Source of the DNA: Chitinophagaceae bacterium
GTDB lineage: Bacteria; Bacteroidota; Bacteroidia; Chitinophagales; Chitinophagaceae
Direction: 5' to 3'
Assembly (NCBI GenBank): GCA_017853235.1
Contig: JAFMJX010000001.1
Coordinates: forward strand, 1 to 45,634
Length of the DNA stretch: 45,634 bases
Position 1 is the stretch's first letter. Each line of letters begins with the position of its first letter. Shown in pieces: positions 18,982 to 28,829 of this stretch. Position numbers and translations under genes: made by a program. Under the pieces are notes generated by a model. The model saw nothing but the letters and a program-made list of their open reading frames with translations, made no database searches and was not told the DNA's origin.

Positions 18982-21018
18982 TTACGCTTTTTTCATTTTT
19001 TCAAGCTGTGTTTCTAAACGAAACATTTCATCGCGAAGTTTTGCTGCTTCCATAAAATCAAGCGCTTTGGCAAACTTTTCCATTTGCTTTTTAGTTTGGG
19101 TGATTGCTTTTTCTATTTGTGGAATGGTGGCATAATCAAACTCTTGTTCGCTCATCAAATTGGGGTCGTCGCTGGTGCGAACATTGATATTGTTTAAGGT
19201 ATATCCTTTAATATCTAATACAGAGGTTTGTTGCATTACCTGCTCTATACTTTTAATAATTGTAGTGGGGGTAATATTATGTTCTGTGTTGTATTTAATT
19301 TGTTTGGCGCGGCGTCTATTTGTTTCGTCCATGGTGCGGCGCATACTTTGTGTGATTTTATCCGCATAAAATATAACGCGGCCATTTACGTTTCGGGCAG
19401 CACGACCTGCTGTTTGGGTTAAAGATTTTTCGTTTCTTAAAAAACCTTCTTTGTCTGCATCCAAAACAGCTACCAAAGAAACCTCTGGAAGATCTAAACC
19501 CTCTCTCAACAAGTTAACCCCCACCAACACATCAATGATTCCCAGTCTCAATTCTCTTAAAATTTCCACCCGCTCTAAGGCATCTATATCACTATGAATA
19601 TATTTTGATTTGATTTGGATGCGGGTTAAATAGCGATCCATTTCTTCGGCCATTTTTTTTGTTAACGTGGTTACCAACACCCTATCCCCTTTTTCTACCT
19701 GTGTAGCTATTTCATCCAACAAATCATCAATTTGATTTTTTGTAGGGCGCACTTCAATGGGCGGATCCAACAAGCCTGTTGGCCTTACTACTTGTTCTAC
19801 TATCAATCCTGCGGTTTTTTCTAATTCATATTCTCCGGGGGTTGCGCTTACAAATATGGACTGGCCTACCATACTTTCAAATTCATTAAAATTAAGTGGT
19901 CGATTGTCTATTGCACTTGGTAATCTAAAACCATATTCCACCAAATTCATTTTTCTGCTTCTGTCACCACCATACATTCCTGAAATTTGCGGAATAGTAA
20001 CATGGCTTTCATCAATCACGCATAAAAAATCTTTTGGAAAATAATCCAACAAACAAAACGGTCGAGTGCCTGGTTTTCTTCTATCAAAAAATCTTGAGTA
20101 GTTTTCAATTCCCGAACAATATCCTAATTCTCGTATCATTTCAATATCGTATTCAACGCGCTCTTTGATTCTTTGGGCTTCAATATGTTTTCCTACATTT
20201 TTAAAATATTCAACTTGCGCGCGCATTTCATCTTGTATCTCATAAATAATTTGCTGCACCATTTCCTTTGGAGCTAAATATAGATTTGCTGGAAAAATGG
20301 CGGCATTTTCCATCATTTCAATTCGCTTTCCCGATTCTACTTCAATGCTTTCAATAGATTCAATCTCGTCTCCAAAAAATGTAATGCGATATCCATAGTC
20401 TACATAAGGCAATCTAATATCAACGGTATCACCCTTCACCCTAAATCCGCCGCGATCAAATTCGGTCACGGTTCGATGATATAAACTATTTACTAGTGCG
20501 TGTAAAAAGGCTTGTCGCGAAATCACCATTCCTTGGTGAATGCGAATGATTCCGTTTTCATATTCGGTGGGGTTTCCCATACCATAAATACAGCTTACGC
20601 TTGCAACGATGATAATATCTCTTCTTCCGCTTAATAATTGTGCGGTTGCTTGCAAGCGCAGTTTATCCAACTCTTCGTTAATGCTTAAATCTTTTTCGAT
20701 ATATACTCCCGATGTTGGTAGGTATGCTTCGGGTTGGTAATAGTCGTAGTAGGAAACGAAATAACCCACCGCGTTATTGGGAAAAAACTGTTTAAACTCT
20801 CCGTAAAGTTGAGCAACCAGTGTTTTATTGTGCGTTAAAACTAGCGTGGGTCTTTGCACATTTTGAATCATGTTTGCTATGGTAAATGTTTTACCACTAC
20901 CCGTCACCCCCAACAAGGTTTGATATTTATCGCCCGCCCTAACCGCGTCGGTGAGTTGCGCAATAGCTTCTGGCTGATCACCCGACGGGGTGTAATTAGA
21001 TTGAAGATGAAAGGGCAT
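18982..21018 (-). CDS. uvrB: Excinuclease ABC subunit B
   Basis: GDQP, GVTGSGKT, YYDYYQPEAY, DESH, NLLREGLD, GRAARN, UVR tail; start set at ATG 21018 (TTG 21024 is part of a promoter element). Confidence 0.97.
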   Translation of the reverse strand: MPFHLQSNYTPSGDQPEAIAQLTDAVRAGDKYQTLLGVTGSGKTFTIANMIQNVQRPTLVLTHNKTLVAQLYGEFKQFFPNNAVGYFVSYYDYYQPEAYLPTSGVYIEKDLSINEELDKLRLQATAQLLSGRRDIIIVASVSCIYGMGNPTEYENGIIRIHQGMVISRQAFLHALVNSLYHRTVTEFDRGGFRVKGDTVDIRLPYVDYGYRITFFGDEIESIESIEVESGKRIEMMENAAIFPANLYLAPKEMVQQIIYEIQDEMRAQVEYFKNVGKHIEAQRIKERVEYDIEMIRELGYCSGIENYSRFFDRRKPGTRPFCLLDYFPKDFLCVIDESHVTIPQISGMYGGDRSRKMNLVEYGFRLPSAIDNRPLNFNEFESMVGQSIFVSATPGEYELEKTAGLIVEQVVRPTGLLDPPIEVRPTKNQIDDLLDEIATQVEKGDRVLVTTLTKKMAEEMDRYLTRIQIKSKYIHSDIDALERVEILRELRLGIIDVLVGVNLLREGLDLPEVSLVAVLDADKEGFLRNEKSLTQTAGRAARNVNGRVIFYADKITQSMRRTMDETNRRRAKQIKYNTEHNITPTTIIKSIEQVMQQTSVLDIKGYTLNNINVRTSDDPNLMSEQEFDYATIPQIEKAITQTKKQMEKFAKALDFMEAAKLRDEMFRLETQLEKMKKA

Positions 21019-21021
21019 ATG

Positions 21022-21029
21022 CAAATTTA
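21022..21029 (-). promoter_or_regulatory. -7 element (TAAATTTG) 3 nt before uvrB ATG
   Basis: Minus strand TAAATTTG-CAT-ATG in the short gap after the peptidase gene. Confidence 0.6.
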
Positions 21030-21033
21030 CATG

Positions 21034-23235
21034 CTATAAACTATCTAAATAAGAAGAAAGTTTATTTAATGCATTTGCAACTTCTTTAATTTGTTCGGTG
21101 GTTTCGGTCCAATTTTTTTGTTCTATTGCCTCTCTCACTCCCGGAACCGTTTTTACACCATATCCTGTATAAAAACCTGGCGCATATAAACTGTGTTTAA
21201 ACCAAGGGCGTCTAGGAAGTCCGTTAGGCGTTAGTAGTGTTTGTTCGGCGGTAAATATTTTTGCATTAATGTTTGCAATTTGTTTTGCATCTGCTGTTGC
21301 TTTTATTTTTTCTACTCTATAAGACGCCTTCTCTAAATTATTTAACGCATTTAATATAGATGAAAAATCAATAAAAGGCACTTCTGATAAAGTTTTGGGC
21401 GTTGTTAATTTTTCTGTTGGGTCTGCTGCTAATACATACGCCTTATTATTTATAAGCTCATTTTCAATGGTTGCTTTTTCTCTTAAATTATCTACCGCGC
21501 TCATTAATTCTGTAATATATCCTTTCACTGTTTTTTGTAAAGAAGTAAAATCAAAGGGTAGGGCGTCCGCCTCTGCCAATCGAAGTGCCGCGCGTCCTGC
21601 TGTTTGTGCCAGCGCTACACCATATTTAAATTCAGTGTCCTTAAACCGTGAATAATGATCATACGAATCATAGATGGAGTGGTATTCTCCTCCTGGATCT
21701 TCTCCTCCATATCCTATGTTTAAGGAAGGAACGCCAAGATGTTGAATAAAAGAAGAGTAATCAGAACCTGAACCCATTGCACCTAAAGGATAATTTGTTG
21801 ATTCAAAAATTTCCTTTTTTGATTTTAAGCTTGTTGCATTTGTTGCGCGGTTAGCTTTGTGTCTTTCAAAAACAGTTGCTCCTGTTTGTGGATCAATTAC
21901 CGATTTGCTAATTTCTGTTATAAATGGTGATAATGCATGTGAACCTTCTACTCCTAAAAATCCGCGCCCATTTCCGTCTGAATTAATATATGCCACCGCT
22001 TTTGTTTGTAACTCTTTGGCGTGATCTTCCACCCATTCGGTAGACCCCATTAATCCTGGTTCTTCGGCATCCCAAGCACAATACACCAACGTTCTTTTGG
22101 GTCTCCAGCCTTGTTTTAATAAACCACCAATTGCAATTGCTTCGTCTAATTCGGCAGCCATTCCGCTAATTGGGTCGTTGGCGCCGTTTACCCAAGCGTC
22201 GTGGTGATTTCCTCTTATTACCCACTGATCGGGGAACTCGGTGCCTTTAATTGTAGCAATAACATCAAGACCTGGTCTTTGTTTCCACTCAAAAGCTAAT
22301 TTTAAGTGAACGCTTGATTTACTGGGTCCTATGTGATAAACGAAAGGAAGTCCACCTCTCCACTCTGGAGGGGCAACGGGTCCTGCCATGTCTTTTAAAA
22401 GGGGGGTTGCGTCATGATAACTAATTGGAAGAACGGGGATTTTTAAAAGGTTTTGTGCATCGTTGTGGTCCACTCTTGGTGCGTTTGCAGTAGATGCAAT
22501 ATTTGGGGTGGTGGGGTCGCCTGGATAAATTACCATATCCATAATAGATCCTCTTTGAACAGTGTGTTCTGTTTTAAATGCGCCTACAGGATACGCTTCT
22601 CCTGCACCATATCCATCATCCGCTGGATCAGAATAAATCAAACAACCAATAGCGCCATGTTCTTGTGCAACTTTTGGTTTGATCCCCCTCCAGCTTCTAC
22701 CATATTTTGCTATCACTATTTTTCCTTTAACATCAATACCATATTTAGCAAGTGTTTCATAATCTTCTGGTAAACCATAATTCACAAAAACAAGGCTTGC
22801 GTTTACATCACCGTCTGCGCTCCAACAATTATAGGTTGGAAGTTGGTCTGCTTGTCCAGAAGTGGCGTCTTCCTTTAACGCAGGCTCCTTTAATAATGCT
22901 TTAAAATTAGTAGCGCCGCTCATTTCTAATACGCGCGTAATGGGTGTTGGAAACATTAATTGATAGGTTTCGATTTTTGTATCCCAGCCACTTTCTTTAA
23001 ATACTTTTACAATTTCATCTGCAACAAATTTTCCTCCAGCAGAACCTAGGTGGTGTGGTACAGAAGAAAGTAGTTTAATGTTTTGTCCAATTCTCTTTGC
23101 GCTTAGTTGTGCATCAAAGTCTTTTTCTATTTTGGTTTGGGCGTCGCTGTTTTTAAAACCAAGTATGTTTTTTTGTGCAAAAAGCGCGGAAGTTAAAATA
23201 TTAAAAAATAAAAAAGTAAGTGTTGTTTTTTTCAT
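21034..23235 (-). CDS. M28 peptidase, glutamate carboxypeptidase II-like (PA + M28 + TfR dimerisation domains), exported
   Basis: Signal peptide; NHHDAW, GANDPISG, WDAEE, YINSD, GSGSDY, YHSIYD; GLPRRPWFKH tail. Confidence 0.9.
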   Translation of the reverse strand: MKKTTLTFLFFNILTSALFAQKNILGFKNSDAQTKIEKDFDAQLSAKRIGQNIKLLSSVPHHLGSAGGKFVADEIVKVFKESGWDTKIETYQLMFPTPITRVLEMSGATNFKALLKEPALKEDATSGQADQLPTYNCWSADGDVNASLVFVNYGLPEDYETLAKYGIDVKGKIVIAKYGRSWRGIKPKVAQEHGAIGCLIYSDPADDGYGAGEAYPVGAFKTEHTVQRGSIMDMVIYPGDPTTPNIASTANAPRVDHNDAQNLLKIPVLPISYHDATPLLKDMAGPVAPPEWRGGLPFVYHIGPSKSSVHLKLAFEWKQRPGLDVIATIKGTEFPDQWVIRGNHHDAWVNGANDPISGMAAELDEAIAIGGLLKQGWRPKRTLVYCAWDAEEPGLMGSTEWVEDHAKELQTKAVAYINSDGNGRGFLGVEGSHALSPFITEISKSVIDPQTGATVFERHKANRATNATSLKSKKEIFESTNYPLGAMGSGSDYSSFIQHLGVPSLNIGYGGEDPGGEYHSIYDSYDHYSRFKDTEFKYGVALAQTAGRAALRLAEADALPFDFTSLQKTVKGYITELMSAVDNLREKATIENELINNKAYVLAADPTEKLTTPKTLSEVPFIDFSSILNALNNLEKASYRVEKIKATADAKQIANINAKIFTAEQTLLTPNGLPRRPWFKHSLYAPGFYTGYGVKTVPGVREAIEQKNWTETTEQIKEVANALNKLSSYLDSL

Positions 23236-23282
23236 ATGAATGAATTGTAATTTCTTAATGTGATAAATAAAATATTTTTTGT

Positions 23283-23750
23283 TTATGGTTTTTCTATGTT
23301 TCTATTTAAATAATGGGTGTAGTTGGGTAGTTCGTATTCATACACCTCTTGCATAAAACGAGAGGTCATTAAAAAATCGGCGGTGGTGCGATCACAGGCC
23401 ATTGGAAGATTCCAAGCAACCGCAAGTCTTAACAACGCTTTTACATCGCTATCATGTGGTTGTGCCTCCATGGGATCAAAAAAGAAAAAGATGACATCAA
23501 TATCTCCCGTTGCAATCATTGCTCCAATTTGTTGGTCGCCGCCCAGCGGACCGCTTAAAAGTTTTTTTACTGGTGTATCTAGGGCTTCTTCTATTAATTT
23601 TCCTGTGGTTCCTGTGGCTACCAATGAGTGTTTTGCAAGTGCTGATTTATTATAGATGGCCCATTCTATGAGGTCCCTTTTTTTATTATCGTGTGCAATT
23701 AGGGCAATTCTTTTTCTTTTTTCAAGCTTGCGAATATTATTATTTGCCAT
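23283..23750 (-). CDS. mgsA: Methylglyoxal synthase
   Basis: ALIAHDNKK, ATGTTG, SGPLGGDQQIG, PHDSDVKALLR; start set at ATG 23750. Confidence 0.95.
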   Translation of the reverse strand: MANNNIRKLEKRKRIALIAHDNKKRDLIEWAIYNKSALAKHSLVATGTTGKLIEEALDTPVKKLLSGPLGGDQQIGAMIATGDIDVIFFFFDPMEAQPHDSDVKALLRLAVAWNLPMACDRTTADFLMTSRFMQEVYEYELPNYTHYLNRNIEKP

Positions 23751-23772
23751 ATTGTTGATTTTATAAATTTTG

Positions 23773-24708
23773 CTATTGGATTGCAAATCGACTTACTAAA
23801 GGAAGTCCTACTAAGATAACTAAAATTATTGGTAGGGATAGGGAAAATAGAGACAACAAAAACCCTATTAAAAACAAAAAAATAGGATAGGTAAGTAATA
23901 AAATAGCAAACAAGACAGAATCATAAAAAACCGTTCCTTTTGTTTTTTTAAAAACAAAGTTTTTAATGGGTATATAATAGGGTGTTTGTATGGCGCGTGT
24001 GATGCGACCTAATAAAAAAAGAAACCTATTTGTTTTTTTTGTTTGTTCTCTGGTGGGTTCTATGATGTTATTGTTTAAAACTTTAAAAACTTCCTCATTA
24101 AAAATAACCCTGTCTTTTCCAGATGTTATAATTGTATCAAAAACAAATGGGTTAATTTTAATATTCACTCTTTTTCCCATTCCAAAAAAATTATTATAGG
24201 CTATCCCCGCAATATGAATGGTTGGCTGCACTCTTAGTTCTTGGGCAGCTTGTAAAATTCGAGCGGTTCCTTTTTTAAACGGTTGAAGTTGGTTGGTGTT
24301 TAAACAAATGCCTTCTATAAATATTAATACAGCTTCCCCTTGAGATAATAAATTTTTTGAGGCTATGAAAGCGTATTCATTAAGGTGAAGAAATTCTTTC
24401 CCCTCTCTTAATCGGTATACAGGTATCATATTTAATAAGCCTAATAAAAAACGATGATGTTTTTTTGTAAAAGCGTCACCTCTTGCTAAAAAATGTACCC
24501 GTCTTTTATAATATGAACCAATAATAATAGCGTCTAAAAAAGAATTAGGATGATTAGCAATAATTAAAAGGGGGCCTTTTTGTCCAAGGTGCTGTTTGTT
24601 TTGTATTTGAATTTTTTTACAAAAAATAAACAGCCCACAACGAATTAATATTTTTAATAGATTTATCAGTGTTGTATAATTTATATAAATATAAAAAAAC
24701 CGCACCAT
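23773..24708 (-). CDS. PlsC-family phospholipid/glycerol acyltransferase (start uncertain)
   Basis: ANHPNSFLD (HX4D), FLAR, PVYR, FIEG, KKGTAR; C-terminal TM. ATG 24708 lies inside the recA terminator, so true start may be later. Confidence 0.82.
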   Translation of the reverse strand: MVRFFYIYINYTTLINLLKILIRCGLFIFCKKIQIQNKQHLGQKGPLLIIANHPNSFLDAIIIGSYYKRRVHFLARGDAFTKKHHRFLLGLLNMIPVYRLREGKEFLHLNEYAFIASKNLLSQGEAVLIFIEGICLNTNQLQPFKKGTARILQAAQELRVQPTIHIAGIAYNNFFGMGKRVNIKINPFVFDTIITSGKDRVIFNEEVFKVLNNNIIEPTREQTKKTNRFLFLLGRITRAIQTPYYIPIKNFVFKKTKGTVFYDSVLFAILLLTYPIFLFLIGFLLSLFSLSLPIILVILVGLPLVSRFAIQ

Positions 24709-24721
24709 AAATGATGCGGTT
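24693..24721 (-). terminator. Intrinsic terminator after recA
   Basis: AACCGCA..TGCGGTT stem followed by T7 on minus strand. Confidence 0.7.
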
Positions 24722-24776
24722 GTACCTACTAACTAACTAAAAACAAAAATCTTTATATAAAAAATACTGTGTCTTT

Positions 24777-25793
24777 CTATTTTGCTGCCTCTACTGCGTT
24801 TGCGGCAATTTTCGCTCTAATTTTTGCTTCTATTTCATTCGCCATTTCTGGATTGTCGTGTAAAATTGTTTTTACAGAATCGCGGCCCTGTCCTAGTTTA
24901 TTAGAATCATAACTAAACCAACTTCCTGATTTTTGAATGATCTCTAATTCTACTCCCATATCAATAATTTCTCCAATTTTACTTATTCCTTCTCCAAAAA
25001 TTATTTCAAATTCTGCAGCTCTAAAAGGTGGTGCTACTTTATTTTTAACCACTTTTACTTTCACCCTATTTCCTACAGCTTCATCCCCATCCTTAATTTG
25101 TGCCATTCTTCTAATATCTAAACGAACAGAGGCATAAAATTTTAAAGCGTTTCCTCCGGTGGTTGTTTCTGGATTTCCAAACATCACTCCAATTTTTTCA
25201 CGTAACTGATTAATAAAAATACAAATGGTGTTTGTTTTATTAATTGTAGCGGTTAATTTTCTTAATGCTTGACTCATTAAACGCGCATGTAATCCCATTT
25301 TACTATCTCCCATTTCACCTTCTAATTCACTCTTTGGAACTAAAGCTGCAACAGAATCAATTACTAATACATCAATTGCTCCAGATAATATTAAACGATC
25401 TGCAATTTCTAATGCTTGTTCACCATAATCTGGTTGAGATACTAATAAATTATCTACATCTACTCCTAGTTTTTTTGCATAAGCACTATCAAAAGCGTGT
25501 TCCGCATCAATAATTGCACACATTCCACCTTTTTTTTGAGCTTCTGCAATAACATGAATAGCTACTGTAGTTTTACCAGAAGATTCTGGCCCGTATATTT
25601 CTACAATTCTTCCTTTTGGTAAACCACCAATACCTAACGCAGTGTCTAAGCCAATAGATCCTGTTGAAATTACCTCTTGTGGTTCCTGGCTGCGTTCATT
25701 CATCATCATAACGCTTCCTTTACCATAATCCTTATCAATTTTATCGATGGTTAATTTTAAGGCTTTTAATTTTTCTACGTTTGGGTTACTCAT
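24777..25793 (-). CDS. recA: Recombinase RecA
   Basis: [46 protein letters not shown]. Confidence 0.99.
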   Translation of the reverse strand: MSNPNVEKLKALKLTIDKIDKDYGKGSVMMMNERSQEPQEVISTGSIGLDTALGIGGLPKGRIVEIYGPESSGKTTVAIHVIAEAQKKGGMCAIIDAEHAFDSAYAKKLGVDVDNLLVSQPDYGEQALEIADRLILSGAIDVLVIDSVAALVPKSELEGEMGDSKMGLHARLMSQALRKLTATINKTNTICIFINQLREKIGVMFGNPETTTGGNALKFYASVRLDIRRMAQIKDGDEAVGNRVKVKVVKNKVAPPFRAAEFEIIFGEGISKIGEIIDMGVELEIIQKSGSWFSYDSNKLGQGRDSVKTILHDNPEMANEIEAKIRAKIAANAVEAAK

Positions 25794-26631
25794 TGCTAGT
25801 CGTTTTATGTTTTCTTTAAATATTTATGTGAAGGTAGGGATAAATTGTTAATAAACTAAAAAATTTAGTATTTTTTTACTAATTAGATTAGTTTTTATCT
25901 TGTTTAGGGTATTTTTAATTTTTAATTTATTGATTTTCAATTATTTATTTATTTAGCAAACAATTTAGTATTTTTTAAGATACCATAGTAAAGTATTTAT
26001 TTTATTAAAAATAGGGGTGATTATTGATCATTTTTTAGCTTTAAATTTAGAGTTTGATCCTGTAAAAGGATTTAATATGGTTGTTTTTTGTTTGATGGAT
26101 TAAAAGTAATGGATTAGGAAGGGATTTTAAAATTGGCTTCAAAATAGCAATGTGTATTATTTAGGTAGTATTAATTAATAATACATTTATATAAATAAAC
26201 TAATACTATTACGGCTGTTAATATCTTAATATCTTAGTTATACACAGTAAATATTCTTTATTAATTTTTTTATTAAAATGCGCTAAAATTCAATACTAGT
26301 AAGGTTTATATTTTATTTAAACATATATAACAAACCCTTTTTTATTTTGTTTTTAATTTAATAAACAGGTTATACACTGTTAATTAACGGGCATAAGTAC
26401 ACCTTTAAAAAGTGGAAAATCTAATGATTGAATATTTCTAATTTTGTTATTCTATTTTTATGCAGGTTTATTCACGCAAAAAGTAGAGATATCCACGAAA
26501 TATTTATTTATCCACCCACCTATTGTGTATTTTTAATTCCATTTTTACTAAAAAAAGCCTTCAAAATAAAGCCCATACTAATTTTTAGTAGTTAGAAAAC
26601 ATTATTTTTGCTCTCCTATAATTATAGATAT
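25794..26631. other. Candidate chromosomal replication origin (oriC)
   Basis: 838-bp ORF-free very AT-rich gap; DnaA-box-like 9-mers TTATACACA 26238, TTATACACT 26370, TTATTCACG 26468, ATATCCACG 26489, TTATCCACC 26508 (+) and TTATTAACA 25846, TAATACACA 26151, ATATTAACA 26216 (-); parS, mnmG, dnaN in window. Confidence 0.62.
25855..25892. promoter_or_regulatory. Two ACTAA-N5-TTAGT palindromes, putative SOS repressor operators of recA
   Basis: ACTAAaaaatTTAGT (25855-25869) and ACTAAttagaTTAGT (25878-25892), 62-99 bp upstream of recA. Confidence 0.7.
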
Positions 26632-28716
26632 ATGTCAATTATTCAGAACATTAGAGAAAGAGGTGCTTGGATCATCTTTGGTATTATTGCTATTGCTTTA
26701 ATCGCGTTTATATTACAAGATGGTATTGGTAGAAAAAACAGAGGTACAAGCACGACCGTTTTAGGAAAAGTAAACGGTAATGAAATTAATAAAATTGAGT
26801 TTGAAGAAAAATTAGATGCACAGGTTCAAAACTATGCTTCTCAAGGAGTCAAAAGAGAACAAATCATTGGTTTCTTATGGAACCAAGAAGTGGATCGTTT
26901 ATTATTTAAGACAGAAGAAGATAAATTAGGAATTACAGTAGGTAATAAAGAATTAAACGATGTTTTATTTGGAGATGAATCACCTTTTAAACAAGAGTTT
27001 ACAGATAAAACCACTGGCGAATTTAAAGTAAACGATGCGCGTCAAGCAATTGCTCAAATTAAAAAAAGCAAAAATGCCCCCCAAATTAAGCAAATCGAAA
27101 ACTTTTATATTGTTCCATCCATTGAGAATAGATTAAGAGCAAAATATCAAGCGCTTGTTATTAAGGGGGTGCAACTTCCTAAATGGTTGGCTGATAAAGA
27201 GTATGCAGACGCAAACGCCTTGTCTAGTATTTCTTATGTTGCCGTTCCTTATAGCACCGTTGTTGATAGTACAATTAAAGTATCCAACGACGATATTGCA
27301 AAATATTTAAAAGAAAATAGTGCAGCTTATCAAAACGAAGAAGCTTCTCGTAATATTAGCTTTGTGGGTTTTAGCGCTGCTCCATCTTCCCAAGATTCTG
27401 CCGCTGCCTTTAAACAAGTAGCTGATTTAAAACAAGATTTTAAAAACAGCACCGACGTGGTGTCTTATTTGAATAGAGTGGGCTCCGACGTTCCTTTTTA
27501 CAACAGTTATATAAGTAAAAAATCAATACAGGTTCCGCAAAAAGATTCCATTCTAAGCTTAACTACGGGTGGTGTTTTTGGACCATATGTTGATGGAAAA
27601 AATTATACCATTGCAAAAGTAGTTGGCGTTACACAATGGCCAGATAGCGCAAGCGTTAGACATATATTAATTGCAACCACTAATCCACAAAACGGACAAG
27701 CGATACGCGCAGACAGCGCTGCTAAAATTTTAGCAGATAGTATTAGCTTGGCAATTAGTAAGGGCGCAAGCTTTGAGGCGCTTTGTCAAAAATATTCTGA
27801 TGACCAAGCAAGTAAGGCGGTAAATGGTAAATATGATATGTTCCCTCAGGCAAAAATGGTTCAACCATTTAATGATTTTGCTTTTGATAAACCCGTTGGC
27901 GCAAAAGGCGTGGTAAAAACAGAGTTTGGATATCATTACATGGAGGTGTTAAAGCAAACACCAAGAGGTCCCGCATATAAAATTGCTTATTTATCTAAAT
28001 CTTTATTACCAAGTACCGAAACCATTAACGCAGCGTCTACTGCCGCCGCACAATTTGCCAGCAGCAGCAAGGATTTAAAATCTTTTAATAGCAACGCGGT
28101 AAAAATCAATAAACAAGTTTTACCCGCAACCAACATCAAGGCAAACGACTATACCATTGCTGGAATTGGGGAATCAAGATCCATGGTTCGTTGGGCTTTT
28201 GAAAAAGACGTAAATGATGTTTCTGAACCGTTTGAAGTAGGGGATAGTTATTATGTGGCTATTATTACTAGTGAAGAAAAACAAGGATTATTAAGTGTAG
28301 AAGCCGCAAGACCACAAGTAGAAGGAATTATTAGAGATCAACAAAAAGCCGAAAAAATTAAAGCCACACTAAAGGGCAACACTCTTGAAGCTTTGGCCGC
28401 TAGCGGAAAAACAACGGTTCAGCGCGCTGATAGTGTTGGGTTTAGTTTCTCCATGCTTCCTGGAGTTGGAAATGAACCAAAGGTAGTTGGCGCCTCTTTT
28501 AATAAGGCGTTGGTGAATAAGGTGAGTGAGCCTATTGCAGGTAACACAGGCGTGTTTGCATTAACGGTGAATGCGATTTCTGCAAAACCAGCACAACAAG
28601 ACCCCGCTTTATTTAAAGAAGAAAACCTTCAAAGATTACGTAGTGTTTTATATAGAACCAATATTGCTTTAAAGAAAGTAGCAAGCATAGAAGACAACAG
28701 AACAAAGATTTATTAA
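26632..28716 (+). CDS. PpiD/SurA-like membrane-anchored parvulin peptidyl-prolyl isomerase
   Basis: N-terminal TM anchor, SurA_N-like GKVNG, rotamase VRHILI..YSDD..F..FAF..TEFGYH; start set at ATG 26632. Confidence 0.88.
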   Translation: MSIIQNIRERGAWIIFGIIAIALIAFILQDGIGRKNRGTSTTVLGKVNGNEINKIEFEEKLDAQVQNYASQGVKREQIIGFLWNQEVDRLLFKTEEDKLGITVGNKELNDVLFGDESPFKQEFTDKTTGEFKVNDARQAIAQIKKSKNAPQIKQIENFYIVPSIENRLRAKYQALVIKGVQLPKWLADKEYADANALSSISYVAVPYSTVVDSTIKVSNDDIAKYLKENSAAYQNEEASRNISFVGFSAAPSSQDSAAAFKQVADLKQDFKNSTDVVSYLNRVGSDVPFYNSYISKKSIQVPQKDSILSLTTGGVFGPYVDGKNYTIAKVVGVTQWPDSASVRHILIATTNPQNGQAIRADSAAKILADSISLAISKGASFEALCQKYSDDQASKAVNGKYDMFPQAKMVQPFNDFAFDKPVGAKGVVKTEFGYHYMEVLKQTPRGPAYKIAYLSKSLLPSTETINAASTAAAQFASSSKDLKSFNSNAVKINKQVLPATNIKANDYTIAGIGESRSMVRWAFEKDVNDVSEPFEVGDSYYVAIITSEEKQGLLSVEAARPQVEGIIRDQQKAEKIKATLKGNTLEALAASGKTTVQRADSVGFSFSMLPGVGNEPKVVGASFNKALVNKVSEPIAGNTGVFALTVNAISAKPAQQDPALFKEENLQRLRSVLYRTNIALKKVASIEDNRTKIY

Positions 28717-28771
28717 TAAATCAATAGAGCGCAGGTAGATCAAAACCTTCTTTTACTAAATAAGAAATTTG

Positions 28772-28803
28772 CAGCCCCCCCGAACCGTCGGAGGGGCTGT
28801 TTT
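28772..28803 (+). terminator. Intrinsic terminator after ppiD-like gene
   Basis: CAGCCCCCCCGA-accg-TCGGAGGGGCTG (1 mismatch) then TTTT. Confidence 0.7.
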
Positions 28804-28817
28804 ATTAAAATAGTGTG

Positions 28818-28825
28818 TAATTTTG
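28818..28825 (+). promoter_or_regulatory. -7 element (TAATTTTG) 4 nt before ATG 28830
   Basis: TAATTTTG-TGTA-ATG directly after a terminator. Confidence 0.6.
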
Positions 28826-28829
28826 TGTA

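Noticed and set aside
21034-23235. Eukaryote-like PSMA/NAALADase as a horizontal-transfer novelty
   Set aside because: This M28 architecture is already known in many bacteria, and composition matches neighbouring genes.
24728-24740. ACTAACTAACTAA short tandem repeat after recA
   Set aside because: Only three 4-mer units in an A-rich 3' UTR; no evidence of function.
26577-26589. ACTAA-ttt-TTAGT upstream of ppiD as a third SOS box
   Set aside because: Spacer is 3 nt rather than 5; may be chance in AT-rich DNA.
25794-26631. CRISPR array, structured ncRNA or pseudogene in the large gap
   Set aside because: No repeat-spacer periodicity, no GC-rich stems, no ORF of 60 aa or more and no recognisable coding remnant.
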